The notes under the pieces were generated by a model. It ran no database searches. It was not told where the DNA came from and worked only from the letters and a program-made list of their open reading frames with translations. A DNA stretch of 64,000 bases, from NCBI RefSeq assembly GCF_009914755.1, contig NC_060930.1, one strand, 5' to 3'. The position numbers and the translations under genes are program-made. This stretch comes from the human T2T-CHM13v2.0 reference genome, Homo sapiens. Shown here in pieces: positions 1-16,886 of the stretch (position 1 is its first letter; each line of letters starts with the position of its first letter).

Positions 1-917
1 TCTCACTGGGGCTTGTCAGACAGTGGGTGCAGGACAGTGGATGCAGCTCACGGATCGTGAGCCAAAGCAGGGCAAGGCATCACCTCACCCAGGAAGCACA
101 AGGGGCCAGGGAATTCCCTTTCCTAGACAAGGGAAGCCGTGACAGATGGCACCTGGAAAATCAGGTCACTGCCACCCTAATACTGCGCTTTTCCAATGGT
201 CTTACCAAACAGCACACCAGGAGATTATATTCCACGCCTGGCTAGGAGGGTCCCACGCCCATGGAGCCTGGCTCACTGCTAGCACAGCAGTCTGAGATCG
301 AACTGCAAGGCGGCAGCGAGGCTGGGGGAGGGGCACCTGCCATTGCTGAAACTTGAGTAGGTAAACAAAGCGGCCAGGAAGCTGGAACTGTGTGGATCCC
401 ACCGCAGCTCAAGGAGGCCTGCCTGCCTCTGTAGACTTCACCTCTGGGGGCAGGGCATAGCTGAACAAAAGGCAGCAGAAACTTCTGCAGACTTAAACGT
501 CCCTGTCTGACAGCTTTGAAGTGAGTAGTGGTTCTCCCAGCATGGAGTTTGAGATCTGAGAACGGACAGACTGCCTCCTCAAATGGGTCCCTGACCCCCG
601 AGTAGCATAACTGGGAGGTACGTCTAAGTAGGGGCCATCTGACACCTCATATGGCTGGGTGCCCCTCTGAGATGAAGCTTCCAGAGGAACGATCAGGCAG
701 CAACATTTGCTGTTCTGCAATATTTGTGGTTCTGCAGCCTCCGCTGGTGATACCTAGGAAACAGGGTCTGGAGTGGACCTCCAGCAAACTCCAACAGACC
801 TGCAGCTGAGGGTCCTGACTGTTAGAAGGAAAACTAACAAACAGAAAGGACATCCACACCAAAACGTCATGTGTATGTCACCATCATCAAAGAGGAAAGG
901 TAGATAAAACCACAAAG
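1..917 (+). promoter_or_regulatory. L1 5'UTR (internal sense promoter and antisense promoter region), CpG-decayed
   Basis: GC-rich L1PA 5'UTR upstream of the ORF1 ATG at 918. Activity cannot be shown from sequence. Confidence 0.75.
242..343 (-). pseudogene. L1 ORF0 (antisense micro-ORF), truncated to 33 aa
   Basis: Minus strand from 343 translates MAGAPPPASLPPCSSISDCCASSEPGSMGVGPS*, matching the ORF0 N-terminus; premature TAG at 244-242. Confidence 0.8.
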
Positions 918-1942
918 ATGGGGATAAACCAGAGCAGAAAAGCTGAAAATTCTAAAAATCAGAGCACCTCTTCTCCTCCAAGGGAATGCAGCTCCTCACC
1001 AGCAACGGAACAAAGCTGGACGGAGAATGACTTTGACGAGTTGAGAGAAGAAGGCTTCAGAAGATCAGTAATAACAAACTTCTTTGAGCCAAAGGAGGAT
1101 GTTCGAACCCATCACAAAGAAGCTAAAAATCTTGAAAAAAAGATCGAACGAATGGCTAACAAGAATACATAGGGTAGAGAAGACCTTAATTGACCTGATG
1201 GAGCTGAAAACCATGGCACAAGAACTATATGGCACATGCACAAGCTTCAGTAGCTGATTCGACCAACTGGAAGAGAAGGTATCAGTGATTGAAGATCAAA
1301 TGAATGAAATGAAGCAAGAAGAGAAGTTTAGAGAAAAAAGAGTAAAAAGAAATGAACAAAGCCTCCAAGAAATATGGGACTATGTGAAAAGACCAAATCT
1401 ACATCTGATTGGTGTACCTGAAAGTGACAGGGAGAATGGAACAAAGTTGGAAAACACTCTTCAGGATATTATCCAGGAGAACTTCCCCTATCTAGCAAGG
1501 CAGGCCAACATTCAGATTCAGGAAATACAGAGAACACCACAAAGATACTCCTCGAGAAGAGCAACTCCAAGACACATAATTGTCAGATTCACCAAAGTTG
1601 AAATGAAAGAAAATCTGATAAGGGCAGCCAGAGAGAAAGGATGAGTTTCCCACAAAGAGAAACCCATCAGACTAACAGCAGATCTCTTGGCAGAAACTCT
1701 ACAAGCCAGAAGAGAGGGGACCAATAATCAACATTCTTAAAGAAAAGAATTTTCAACCCATAATTTCATATCCAGCCAAACTAAGCTTCATACATGAAGG
1801 AGAAATAAAATCCTTTCCAGACAAGCAAATACTGAGAGATTTTGTCACCACCAGGCCTGCCTTACAAGAGCTCCTGAAGGAAGCACTAAACATGGAAAGG
1901 GACAACCGGTACCAGCTGCTGCAAAAACATGCCAAATTGTAA
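918..1942 (+). pseudogene. L1 ORF1p (RNA-binding chaperone), disrupted
   Basis: Fragments MGINQSRKAENSKNQ... and ...SLQEIWDYVKRPNL...RATPRHIIVRFTKVE; frameshift near 1140, internal stops, terminal TAA at 1940-1942. Confidence 0.93.
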
Positions 1943-2005
1943 AGACCATCGTTGCTAGGAAGAAACTGCATCAACTAATGAGCAAAATAACCAGCTAACA
2001 TCATA

Positions 2006-5822
<3,817 letters not shown>

Positions 5823-5837
5823 ACAATGAGAACACTT

Positions 5838-6180
<343 letters not shown>

Positions 6181-6369
6181 TCACATACCAGGGCCTGTCA
6201 TGTGGTCGGGGAAGGGGGGAGGGATAGCATTAGGAGATATAACTAATGTAAATTATGAGTTAATGGGTGCAGCACACCAACATGGCACATGTATACATAT
6301 GTAACAAACCTGCACGTTGTGCACATGTACCCTAGAACTTAAAGTATAATAAAAAAATAGAAAAAAAAA

Positions 6370-6856
6370 CCCACTAAGACACAAACACAGGCATTAGCCT
6401 ACACAGGTTCAGGATCAGTATCACTCATTGTCTCCCACTTTGACATTTTATTCCACTGGAAGGTCTTTAGAGGCAATAATGTTCATGAAACTATCATCTC
6501 TTGTGATAACAATGCCTTCTTCTGGAATACCTCCTACCTGAGGTGTTTTTGCAGTTAAATTTTTGTTTTTAATAAGTAGAAGGGGTACACTCTAGAATAA
6601 TGATAAAAAATATGGTAAGTACATAAACCAGTAACATAGGCATTTATTATCAAGAATTATGTACTGTACGTAACTGTGTGTGCTATAGTTTTATGTAACT
6701 GGTAGTGCAGTAGTTTTGTTTATACAAGCATTACCACAAACACATAAATAATGCATTGTGCTATGACATTATGATGGTTACTACATCACTAGGCAATAGG
6801 GATTTTTCAGTTCCGTTATAATCTTATGGGACTACCAGCATATATGCGGCCCATCA
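6370..6856 (-). mobile_element. Tigger3b (TcMar-Tigger) fragment
   Basis: Reverse complement resembles the 5' part of the full-length copy at 49504-50687 (ccataagattataa, aagtgactatgttattgg, ctactccttctac segments). Confidence 0.8.
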
Positions 6857-7060
6857 CACAACTGTATTTTGGTTTATCTATGATTCTGATTTACTTCATT
6901 AATAGGAAAAATAATAGCTAATTAAACCAGACACAGAAAGGAGAGCTATGTAATTATTGGAATACTCAGATAATATGCTATATATTTAGAAGACATGACT
7001 GCTAGAAAAAAGGTGTTCAAAATTTAACTTTTATCTGTAAATAGCAGCAAAGTTGTCATT

Positions 7061-7103
7061 TGTGTGAGTGCGTGTGTATGTGTATGTGGTGTGTGTGTAT
7101 GTG
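7061..7103. repeat. Degenerate (TG)n microsatellite
   Basis: tgtgtgagtgcgtgtgtatgtgtatgtggtgtgtgtgtatgtg. Confidence 0.8.
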
Positions 7104-9014
7104 TTTTATAGAACTAGAAGTGTCAAAATTTCATTTCTCCATGACTCGCTTTTTAGAAAAGCTAGATAAGTGGAATCGGTCTCATTAAAACAAATAAAAA
7201 GAGCACTATAAACAGTTTTAAGTACCTTATATTTCAAAAACATTAGGTTCAAATCCCAACTGATATGGCATTTTTATTAAAAATGTCTGAATGCTTTGTT
7301 TTCATGGTCAAATGGATGACTAAACATTCAAGATTTATTTTCATCCCAGATTCCTTCTATTTAAGGAAAATCTTTTTAAAGAAATTTAAAGAATGTTTGC
7401 AGTAGAAGAGATTCTGATTGCTTTGTCCCTATGTGTCCTTTTAAAACATAACTTTGAAAAGCAGATGGTTAGATGCAGACAACATAGGGTTTAGTTCATT
7501 CCTTTGTCATTGCTCATAGCTTGAAATTTAGAAGACCTATATTCAGGAAAGGAAGGAAGATAATCAGTTCATAGTAAGTTTCATTTCACATTTCCCCCTG
7601 CATGTGAGTAGGAGTAGCCATGTCTTTATTCTGTTGCAATGCATTTTACATCTATTCTAGGCCTATGTAATGTTTTGAATTAGGTTGTTGGCCTGCCCTC
7701 AAACTCCTGCATACTTCCCCAGCTGCTTTGACTTCAGAGAAGCTCAATAAGCTATAATTTTAAAAAATGGAAATGAGGGAATGGTTTAAAGTATTTACCA
7801 TTTCTTCTAGGTTTGTCAGTCAATTATATTTATTCTAAAACCACTCTGTGCAAAGAGATTTTCTTGGTGGTATAGGATGTTGAAGGGGGGAAGTGGATAA
7901 TGGTATTTTCATTGAATATTACTGCGACATACAGAATATGCAATGGGGTCTGCTATTGTGTTATCCTTTTTAGATCAGGTGGAAGAGAGACAGTAAATAT
8001 CAGTTTTTGATAATATCTGTAAAATCTCGCTTCTCTGAATTTTTTCTCCAATTGAGAAACAGAAATGACACATTCATTCTTGCCTCAATGCTTCTCACAT
8101 ATGGAAAGAAAAGAAAGCAAAATGAAAAACAAAATGTAAGACAGAAATCCATGCTGTTGCAAGTATTTTTTGTTGCAGTTTTTGAATTTGGTGTGACATT
8201 GTTTTCTGGACTGTTGTATAATTAATAGACTATTTTCATATCCTTTATATATATTTATTTTAATTTGTCTTTGTCTTTTTAAAAATATTACAAACTCCTG
8301 CAGTGAGGAGCTAGATATCCTTTTTTTTCTTTCTAATACATTGTTTTCCATCTAGTGTCAATGCTATTTTAAAATGATACATTTGCAACCTAATACTTAT
8401 ACAATCTAGAGATTTAAAATTTTGTTCAAGTAATTCTTACCAACTTTAAACATTATTTATGGAGTCCTTTAGTTCAACGTAGTGTGCTAAATACCCACTT
8501 TCATCTCTCCTTTTCTCCAAAGTATTATGCAAATGACATAAAGTAAATTTCAAAAGAATGAAGTCATAACTGTGCTGCAAGAAAAGAAAGAGCAACATCA
8601 ACACGTCAGGGGTATTAAGGACCTCATGGAAGATACAAAACAGACAGGTTGGAACTGATAGGGAAACTAGAGAGACCAACAATGAAAATGAAAGCTATGA
8701 ATAGTTTTTCCCAAGTGAGCCCCAGGAGATTCTAAGACAGGATCAATAATTACAAAAAGAGAAACTGGGCCATAGATAAGTAGAATAATTAAGAATTGCC
8801 TTCTGTATAGCTGAATCTTTCCTATTTATTTTTTCTGCCTTTTCTTCCTTCATTTCATTTAATAAAAATCTATTGATGACCTGTTATGTGCTAGGCACTT
8901 TTAGTTTTAAAACGTGCTAAGTTCGAAGTGTTTTCAAGACATTAAGTAGGACTCTCTTGATATTTCTCTTCGAATATTGTTCTTTTTCCCAGTCTTTCAC
9001 GTCTTTTTAGTTGG

Positions 9015-9326
9015 TGTCTTTGTCTGTTTTGTGCCATTATAATAGAATACCTGAGACTAGGTAATTTATAATGAACAAAATGTATTGGCTCACAGTTCTG
9101 GAGTCTAGGAAGTCCCTTCCTGTGTCATCTCATGGTGGAAGATGATGGGGTGAGAGAGGTCAAGAGGGGTTCAAATTCATCCTTTTATAAAGGCACCAAT
9201 TCCACCAATGAGGGTGGATCCCTCATGGCCTAATCACCTCTTAAAGGTCTCACCTTTTAATACTGTTAAAATGGCAATTAAATTTCAACATGAATTTTAG
9301 AAGGGACAAACATTCAAACCATAGCA
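9015..9326 (-). mobile_element. MaLR solo LTR (MLT1A/MSTD-like)
   Basis: TG...CA termini, typical gacaaacattcaaaccatagca end, perfect 5-bp TSD GTTGG (9010-9014, 9327-9331). Confidence 0.88.
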
Positions 9327-9585
9327 GTTGGCTTCATCATTCTCCCAGATTTCTAAGACAATAATCTAAGAGTCATCCTTGATTCTGCTTCTGTTTTTGC
9401 AATCTGGTATCTAATCCCACACCAAGGCCATCAATTTAACCTTCAAAATATATCTAGGTCTGACTATTGACAATGTCTACCTCTCCCATTTTAGACTGGA
9501 CCAGTACAATATCTTTCTAACTGGAATTCTTGTTTTACCATCTATTTTCCAAACAGTCACAGTTATCCTTTAAAATTATATATCA

Positions 9586-9913
<328 letters not shown>

Positions 9914-10827
9914 TCAACTTGTGAATCATCACACTTACCAGAGTCTCCCAGGCCATACAGGAAAGATGAAATAGGATAAAATAAATAAAGGCAGTTAAAG
10001 AAACTCTTCAGAAGATCTACAAGCATAGGTGTTTCTTTCTTTTAAGAGGAAGAAAAATATTTAACTTCAGGTCTAGTCACACTACTTACTATTATTATAA
10101 ACAGTCAAAAGTTAATAATGTCTTACAATGGTGAATCAAGAATTTGAGGATTCAGTACATTATTTAAACTTAAAAGGGAGACCATTAGAACAACTACATG
10201 TAATAATATAACTAAGTAAAATGAGGAAGTGGCTGATAAAACATAGTCAAAGCAGTCCTCTTTCATAAGAGACATCAACAAATACAATCCAAATTGATAA
10301 ACTGAAAAAAAGTTTACTTATTTTATTTAGAATTGTAATGGCAGTCCCTAAAGATCAAAAACCACATACTTTAAAGTGATCATTTTTGGGAACTAGAAAT
10401 CGGGGATACAGTATGGGAGATATTACATATATTCTACTTTGTAATTACTCTTTTCAAATCATATGTAGAAATTATTTCCATAATATTAAATCTAATTTAA
10501 AAATACTTGTATTAATAGTGAATTGGTTAAATAGATTGTAGTATATCCACATATTAGAATAGTATTCAACATTTGGTTTAAAAAATGTAGGAGGGTAGCA
10601 ACAAAACAACTGCAGGTCTAAAGCCTGTAATACAATACTATATCAATTGGATTTAATGTAAAAATGGAGAAACTGACCAAGGTAACCTTCACAAAATACT
10701 TACATTTATCATAGAATTATTTAACACAACAGATTATTTAGTATAAAATTATGTAATCTGTATAAATTAAATCTCCCACCAACACTTTTGAGGAAGAGAG
10801 ACAGTATGGGCAGGAGGCCACAGTTCC

Positions 10828-11264
10828 TGTCTTATGTCAGTTTCTCTGGGAAACAGATCTGGGACAGAGATTTGCATGTAGGTGATGTATTGGGAGTGCT
10901 TTGGGGAACACCTGTGAGGGAGAGAGGGCTGCCAGATTGGGCAGTGGAAAAGCTGAACTGTGATGCTGTTGGAATATTTAGTTGACCCCATGGGGATTTC
11001 TGGGGCTGGGATGGACTTTCAAAGTTGTCATAAATGGAAGCAAGAGTGTTGAGTCTTTGTACCCTTACATTGAGCAGTCTTTGAATATAGGTTGTCCCTG
11101 TGGAGGGTATAAGTGTGGGTGAAGGAAGTTTCTTTGGTTGAGGCCAATTCCTGTAGTGGGATTGAGCTATGAAGCGTGGTTGGCAAACATTCCTGGCAGC
11201 TGGGGCAATGAGTGCCCTGGTCCTAAATGGAGAATCTAAGTGGAATACCATAGCCTCCATTACA
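10828..11264 (-). mobile_element. LTR33-like ERVL solo LTR
   Basis: Reverse complement runs tgtaatggaggctatgg...gcactcattgccccagctgcc...atgcaaatctctgtcccagatctgtttcccagagaaactgacataagaca, matching recalled LTR33; TG..CA termini. Confidence 0.8.
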
Positions 11265-12109
11265 GTAGCATCTAGGTGGTATCTGTGATTGTTCCTTAGT
11301 TGCCTTGTAGTGTTCCTCTCCCACTGGTGGCTGCCTAGATCATCACTGTGGATAAGATTCAGTACAAGGATCTCTTGTCAGAGCAAAGTCCAGAGCTTGT
11401 GGCCAGAGACTCCACCTTCCAGCATTGGAACAGTGGAAGAGCAACAGACAGTCCTGCAGAGGAAGCAGGTGTTACAAAGCAGGGTCAAAGCCCTAATATG
11501 TTGGTTCTAAATGGGCATAGTGAACATTTGACTCTGCTACAACCTCTTATCTGACTTTGGATTTTACAAATATGTAAATTAGATATTCTTCCTGGTCACA
11601 GGTAATTCTTACAGTGCTGATAAATTGTGATAAGTTGCCATAACCAGAACTTAGTTATAATCCATACACATAAATTCTCAACAGTGGTAAATGTTATGAA
11701 GCTATGGGAGTAGTATACATGCATAATTATAAGGAAATATTGTTTTCCAAAAATTATTCCTCAAAAAAGATACAATTACTTTATGTTTGAGACCTCTTGA
11801 AATCATATTATAGGATGTTATCTCAATTATCCTGTTTGAAGCAAGAAATGCTGTTTGGAGGATATAGCTTTCAGTAATTTTTATCAGTGCCATTTATGCT
11901 CTCTTGTTAAGCTCATCTGATGTAATCAATAAAATAGTTTTGAAGAAGTCCAAGTAGTAGAGAAGTAGAAGTAGAGTTAGTTATTTATTCCTGTGTATAT
12001 ACATTCACAAATAAAAGTGTTTGAAACTGTTTATAAAGTTTAAAAATATTATTTTTAAAGCAGTGCAATAAGTAAATATGTTATGGAAAATGGAAATAAA
12101 TATCTACTG

Positions 12110-12303
12110 TAGTGCTTCTCAAACTTCAGTGTGCAACAGAAGCATCTGGAGGGTTTGTTAAAATACAGATTACTTGGCCCCACCCTCTCAAACGTTTCTG
12201 ATTCATAGGTCAGATAAATGCCAGGCCTGGCATTTTGCATTTTTGGTAAGTTTCCAGGTGATGCTGATGCTCCTGGCTCAGAATCACACTTCGATAACTG
12301 CTG
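12110..12303. mobile_element. MER5A (hAT-Charlie MITE)
   Basis: agtgcttctcaaactt...gtttccaggtgatgctgatgct...cacacttcgataactgctg. Confidence 0.85.
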
Positions 12304-14356
12304 GTCTATTAGATAAATGGAAATAATCCTCATAATAAAAAATTATTGTTCTAGTAGTTTGTGAGTGAGTTCTTATGGTTTGGAATACATTTGCTGTAAT
12401 GGCATTCCCAACAGTTAGATGGAGTTGAAGATAAAACACTTCAAAAAGTTAAGTTACAAGACTCCAAAACTAGCTCTAATGATCACAAATATTTATGTTC
12501 AACATACATCTGAAATGTTTCAGTTTCATGAAACTGGAGAGTGGGAGCAAAGTGGTATTTCATACAATGTTTCATTTAAAGCATGTATCATTCCAAAATT
12601 AAGTCAACATTATAAGCAGACATTGGCTATTTTATATACATCTCTAAATGTCTGTACACTAAAGCTGACCACCTTCCAAAAATATTGGATCCACTTATTG
12701 GGAAAGTAAAAATTTACCTTATATTTGCAGTAAACTTCTACTTGATATGCACATGGTATTATAGAGCAAAGCAATAAGTATAAAGCAATAAGTTTCCTAC
12801 TATTTATATAATAATAAATTCATGTATCTTTGTGTTTGAGTTCACAGAAGTATGCTGGTTTATAACATGGATAAAATTCTGGAAAAATACACTCAAATTT
12901 TAAGATTGAGAAGTGACACATGGGAAGATTTTCCACATGCTTTCATACTACCTACACTTTTAGATTGATGATTTCATGATAAGTTGTACTACTTGTATAA
13001 TTTAAATCAATTTTGAAGTGGCAATCAAGATTTATTTAAATTGAAGGAAATGGAACATACTTCTAAAACTAAAAGCAATAAAAATTACAGATTTTTTTTG
13101 GCATGGAGATGTAGAAGAACATAGAGGTAAATTGTTGTAGGGGTTGGCATTAAAGAATTCACCCCAGGACTGGGGAATCACACCCTTCAGCAAAGTTGAA
13201 GATCACATCTCACTGAGATGCCACATCTCAGTGGCATCTGTGTATAGCATGTGTCCTACTTTGGTGTAAAGGGATTACAGGAGAGTTCAGTGCAGAAGGA
13301 ATGAAAAATGGAAGTTCCCCTCAGCTCATGTGTGGTAGGAATTGCCCAAACCATGAATGCAGGCCTTAATTTCTGGCACAGACAGAAGGATGAGAAATCA
13401 AGGCAGAAGTTTTTAATTCTAGTTTCAAGAACTCCCTGAAACAACATGCAGTATTTTATGTGTATTTGCATACGGAAATTTGGGGCAGGGCTCAAAGCAA
13501 TTGTTAAAAGGGTCAATGATGCAAAACACGTTAGGAATCTCTTTATTAATTTCGCTCAAGACTCTGTCCAGAAACATCAGTGTCTTTCCTTGTAATTCTC
13601 CTCTTAAGGAATATTTCCTGTAATAAATCTTACAAATGCTCCTTAAATCATTTTAAATATTTTTTGTTGTTTTGAATTTTAAAGATGCCCATAACTAATT
13701 TTTTGATTAAATTTATATAGCTCTTCTTGGCCTAGGTTTTATGATACAATTATCTTCTACCCTTTAGTATTTAATTCTTTTTCCTCTGATTTACTTTAAT
13801 GGCTTTATTATATATTTGTCTATTTCTTTAAGCTCCTTTAAATTATTTCTGAAATTAGTTGGCATACAGACAATAAAATAATAAGTGTTGATTATAATAG
13901 GCATGAGTGAAGATCGGATCCTTCATAAACATTTTAGATTTTTACTTTATAGTTTTGTGTAGAATATGCTATTGCATTTATGCATAATAACTAAAGATCA
14001 TTAAGTCTGAAAAGGATTGTAGAGAGAACCTGGTGCTACGTTCTTATTGTGGACCTTCATTCTTAATCTAGTGATCCAGAGAGAGGGTTACATGACTCAC
14101 TGCCAGGCACATAGTCACCTACTGTTTGAAGTAGGAGTTGCAGTTACGGAAGCTGCCATCACAGTTAGTGCAAATCTGCATTTAAATCTCAACAACCCCA
14201 TCAGTTCTCTGTGATTTAAGTCATCTGCTCTTCTGGATCTCAACTGCTTATAAAATTAAAGTTTTATATCTGTGTATTAGGTAATGGTTAATTAATTATC
14301 TAATTATGCATTTTTTGGACCAAGATGTGGCCCTTTTCTTCATGTGTAGCAGGATA

Positions 14357-14552
14357 CCATATTTCAGCAATTCTGAGATTACCATATTTTTCACATTTAA
14401 CATCTTTGAAATTAGAATGTGGCATATAATTGATGGTATGTCATAGTTTAATGTCATAGTTCAGTTATCAGGTTTTTAAAAACTTTTGTAGTGGTATATA
14501 AAATAATGATGTGTCTTATAATTGATAGTGTCTAAGATTCAATGAAGTACCA
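14357..14552. mobile_element. MER104-like TcMar MITE
   Basis: Degenerate TIRs ccatatttcagcaattctgaga / tctaagattcaatgaagtac; internal tttcacatttaacatctttgaaat. Confidence 0.65.
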
Positions 14553-14800
14553 GGGAGTTGATAAATAGAAAACAGAAAACCATAACCACCCAACTTCCCT
14601 ATCAATCAATCTTCTCTATTTCATAAATGATAGGAGAAAGCTTATTGTTTAATTGATTGTTGGCTTTTTATGCTACCAAAGAGGAGTAATTGCAACAATA
14701 CAATGATTCATGGATGGCAACCAAAAGAACTGTGATCACCTAAGTGTAGCAAAAAGAAAATATTACTACCTGTTAATTTACATCCCATGAAGTTAAGCAC

Positions 14801-15206
14801 ATATTTCATCATTTGAGTGATGTCATCCTCTCTAAAATTTATGCTGAAACTTAATCCTCAATGCAACAGTATTAAGAGGTATGACCTTTGAGAGGTTATT
14901 AAGTCATAAGGGCTCCACCCTCATAAATGGGAGTCACATTCTTGTAAACAGGCTCAAGGTTGAAAGGAGAGTTCTCTGGCCCTTCATTCCTTCCATCATA
15001 TGAGGACACTGGGTTAGTTCTCTCTGGAGGATGCAGCAACAAGACTCCATCTTGGAAGCAGACAGCAATTTTCACCAAACATGCAACAGGCCAGTGCCTT
15101 GATCATGGACTACCCAGCCTCCAGAACTGTGAGAAATAAATTTCTGTCTTTTATAAATTGCCCAATTTAAGGTATTTTGTTATAGCAGCAAAAACACACT
15201 AAGACA
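14801..15206 (+). mobile_element. MaLR solo LTR (MLT1A-like)
   Basis: ccagcctccagaactgtgagaaataaatttctg...ttatagcagca...ctaagaca 3' end. Confidence 0.85.
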
Positions 15207-16581
15207 GCATGCATCAGCTCAATTATATATTGAATATTATGAAAGACTAGTTTAAATTTCAGCTCTCTCTTCTTAAATACATTTTTAGCTTTCATTATTC
15301 TATGCTTTCAATTCCTGTGGGTTAATGTAATTTTGGTTAGATTCTTGATTACTCGTTGGAACTATATCTGGATTTAGGATGTAAAAACAATAACTTTAAT
15401 ATTCCCAAGGAAACTGCTGAAATATGCTGTGTATATATAGGATCAGGGCTATCTTTTTCCTTCGTCTACCACTTGTCATCAATCTTTTGCAAGTAGTAAG
15501 TGAAAATGGAAGCTGTCATCAAGGCCTCAGCATTTGCTTTGGAGCCTTCAGGCAGCACATTTCTGTTCATTTCTCTTAAGCACTGAGCTTCAGCCTGTTC
15601 TTTGTTGATAATCAGAGCTTGACTTTATCTGCACCTGTCACTCCAGCCAGTACATAGATTTGCTCATTACACTTGTCTTCCACATCATTTAAAAGACCTA
15701 GCATAAAAGACTTAGCTATGATTACAGATTGCTTTCAAAAATGCTTCCTTCTGGTAGTAGCCGTATGTCTTCCCATACATAAACATATGTAGGCATGAAG
15801 GCTCTATAGCAACAGAAAGAGTTCCTATAAAATGCTGAGGATGTAGTCTGGTATTAGTGCACCAATTCAAGGTATGATAATAGAGGTGCAGCTTAAACTT
15901 CAAGACTACCTTTATGTCCTTGTACTTAGGAATTGAGAACAGTCTGTTAAGTAATGCATGTGCAGCAGTGATTTGTATAAAGAGATTTATGAGAAAAGTG
16001 CCCTCTGAGTTTTTTGGTCTAATGATGAATGTGATCCAATCAAACCATTAAAATGACTTAAGTGCAGCCAAATGTCATTTGTTGCTTGCCATAGTATTTT
16101 AAGAAAAAATAGCCATTACAAACCCTTGAAAAGGTCTTAATTGCTTTATAAGCTATGACAGCTCAGGATGACTAGTAATAGCCATTTGACTTTTGTGGAA
16201 ATTATGAACTATGAAGGCCTAAATGTCATGTCTGCATGAGGATGTAGAAAGTGTTTATTCGTTTTTTTGTTATGTCTTATAATTATCTAGAAAAAATAAA
16301 AGAAGTTGGAACTTGAAATAGCCTAATGGCTTATTTCAGTCAGTAGGGTCTCCTGTACTATGACCTAATTTAGGACATTTTAGTTTAGTTATTGTTGACC
16401 AAATAAAGTGGTCTTAGATTTCTTATCTTCTGGATTAAAATAGCTTTTATTGAGGAGGAAAGACCCCAACCTACAAATTTGTTATTTCTAATTAAATATA
16501 TACATACAAATATTTAAATTGCAGACTGTAGTATTTCATAGGTTAGAAAAGAGAACAGTAATAACAAAATCGTGAAAAATG

Positions 16582-16886
16582 CAGTCATCCCTCCATATCC
16601 ATGGGGGATTGGTTCCAGGATACCCGATAGATACCAAAATCTGAGGGTGGTCAAATCCCTTATATAATATGGTGTAGTATTTATATATAACCTATGGACA
16701 TCCTCCTATGTACTTTAAATCATGTCTAGATTACTTATAATACCTAAACAATGTAAATGCTATAAAAATAGTTGTTTTGGAGTATTTTATTTATATTATT
16801 ATTATGATTTTTAATTTTTAAATATTTCAGATCTCCAGTTGGTTGAATGTGTGCATGTAGAACCCACAGACACAGAGGATGGGCTA
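16582..16886. mobile_element. MER2 (TcMar-Tigger MITE)
   Basis: cagtcatccctccatatccatgggggattggttccagga...tagattacttataatacc...gaacccacagacacagagg. Confidence 0.82.

Noticed and set aside
10767-11260. 142-aa and overlapping ORFs
   Set aside because: They lie within the LTR33-like element and show no protein motif.
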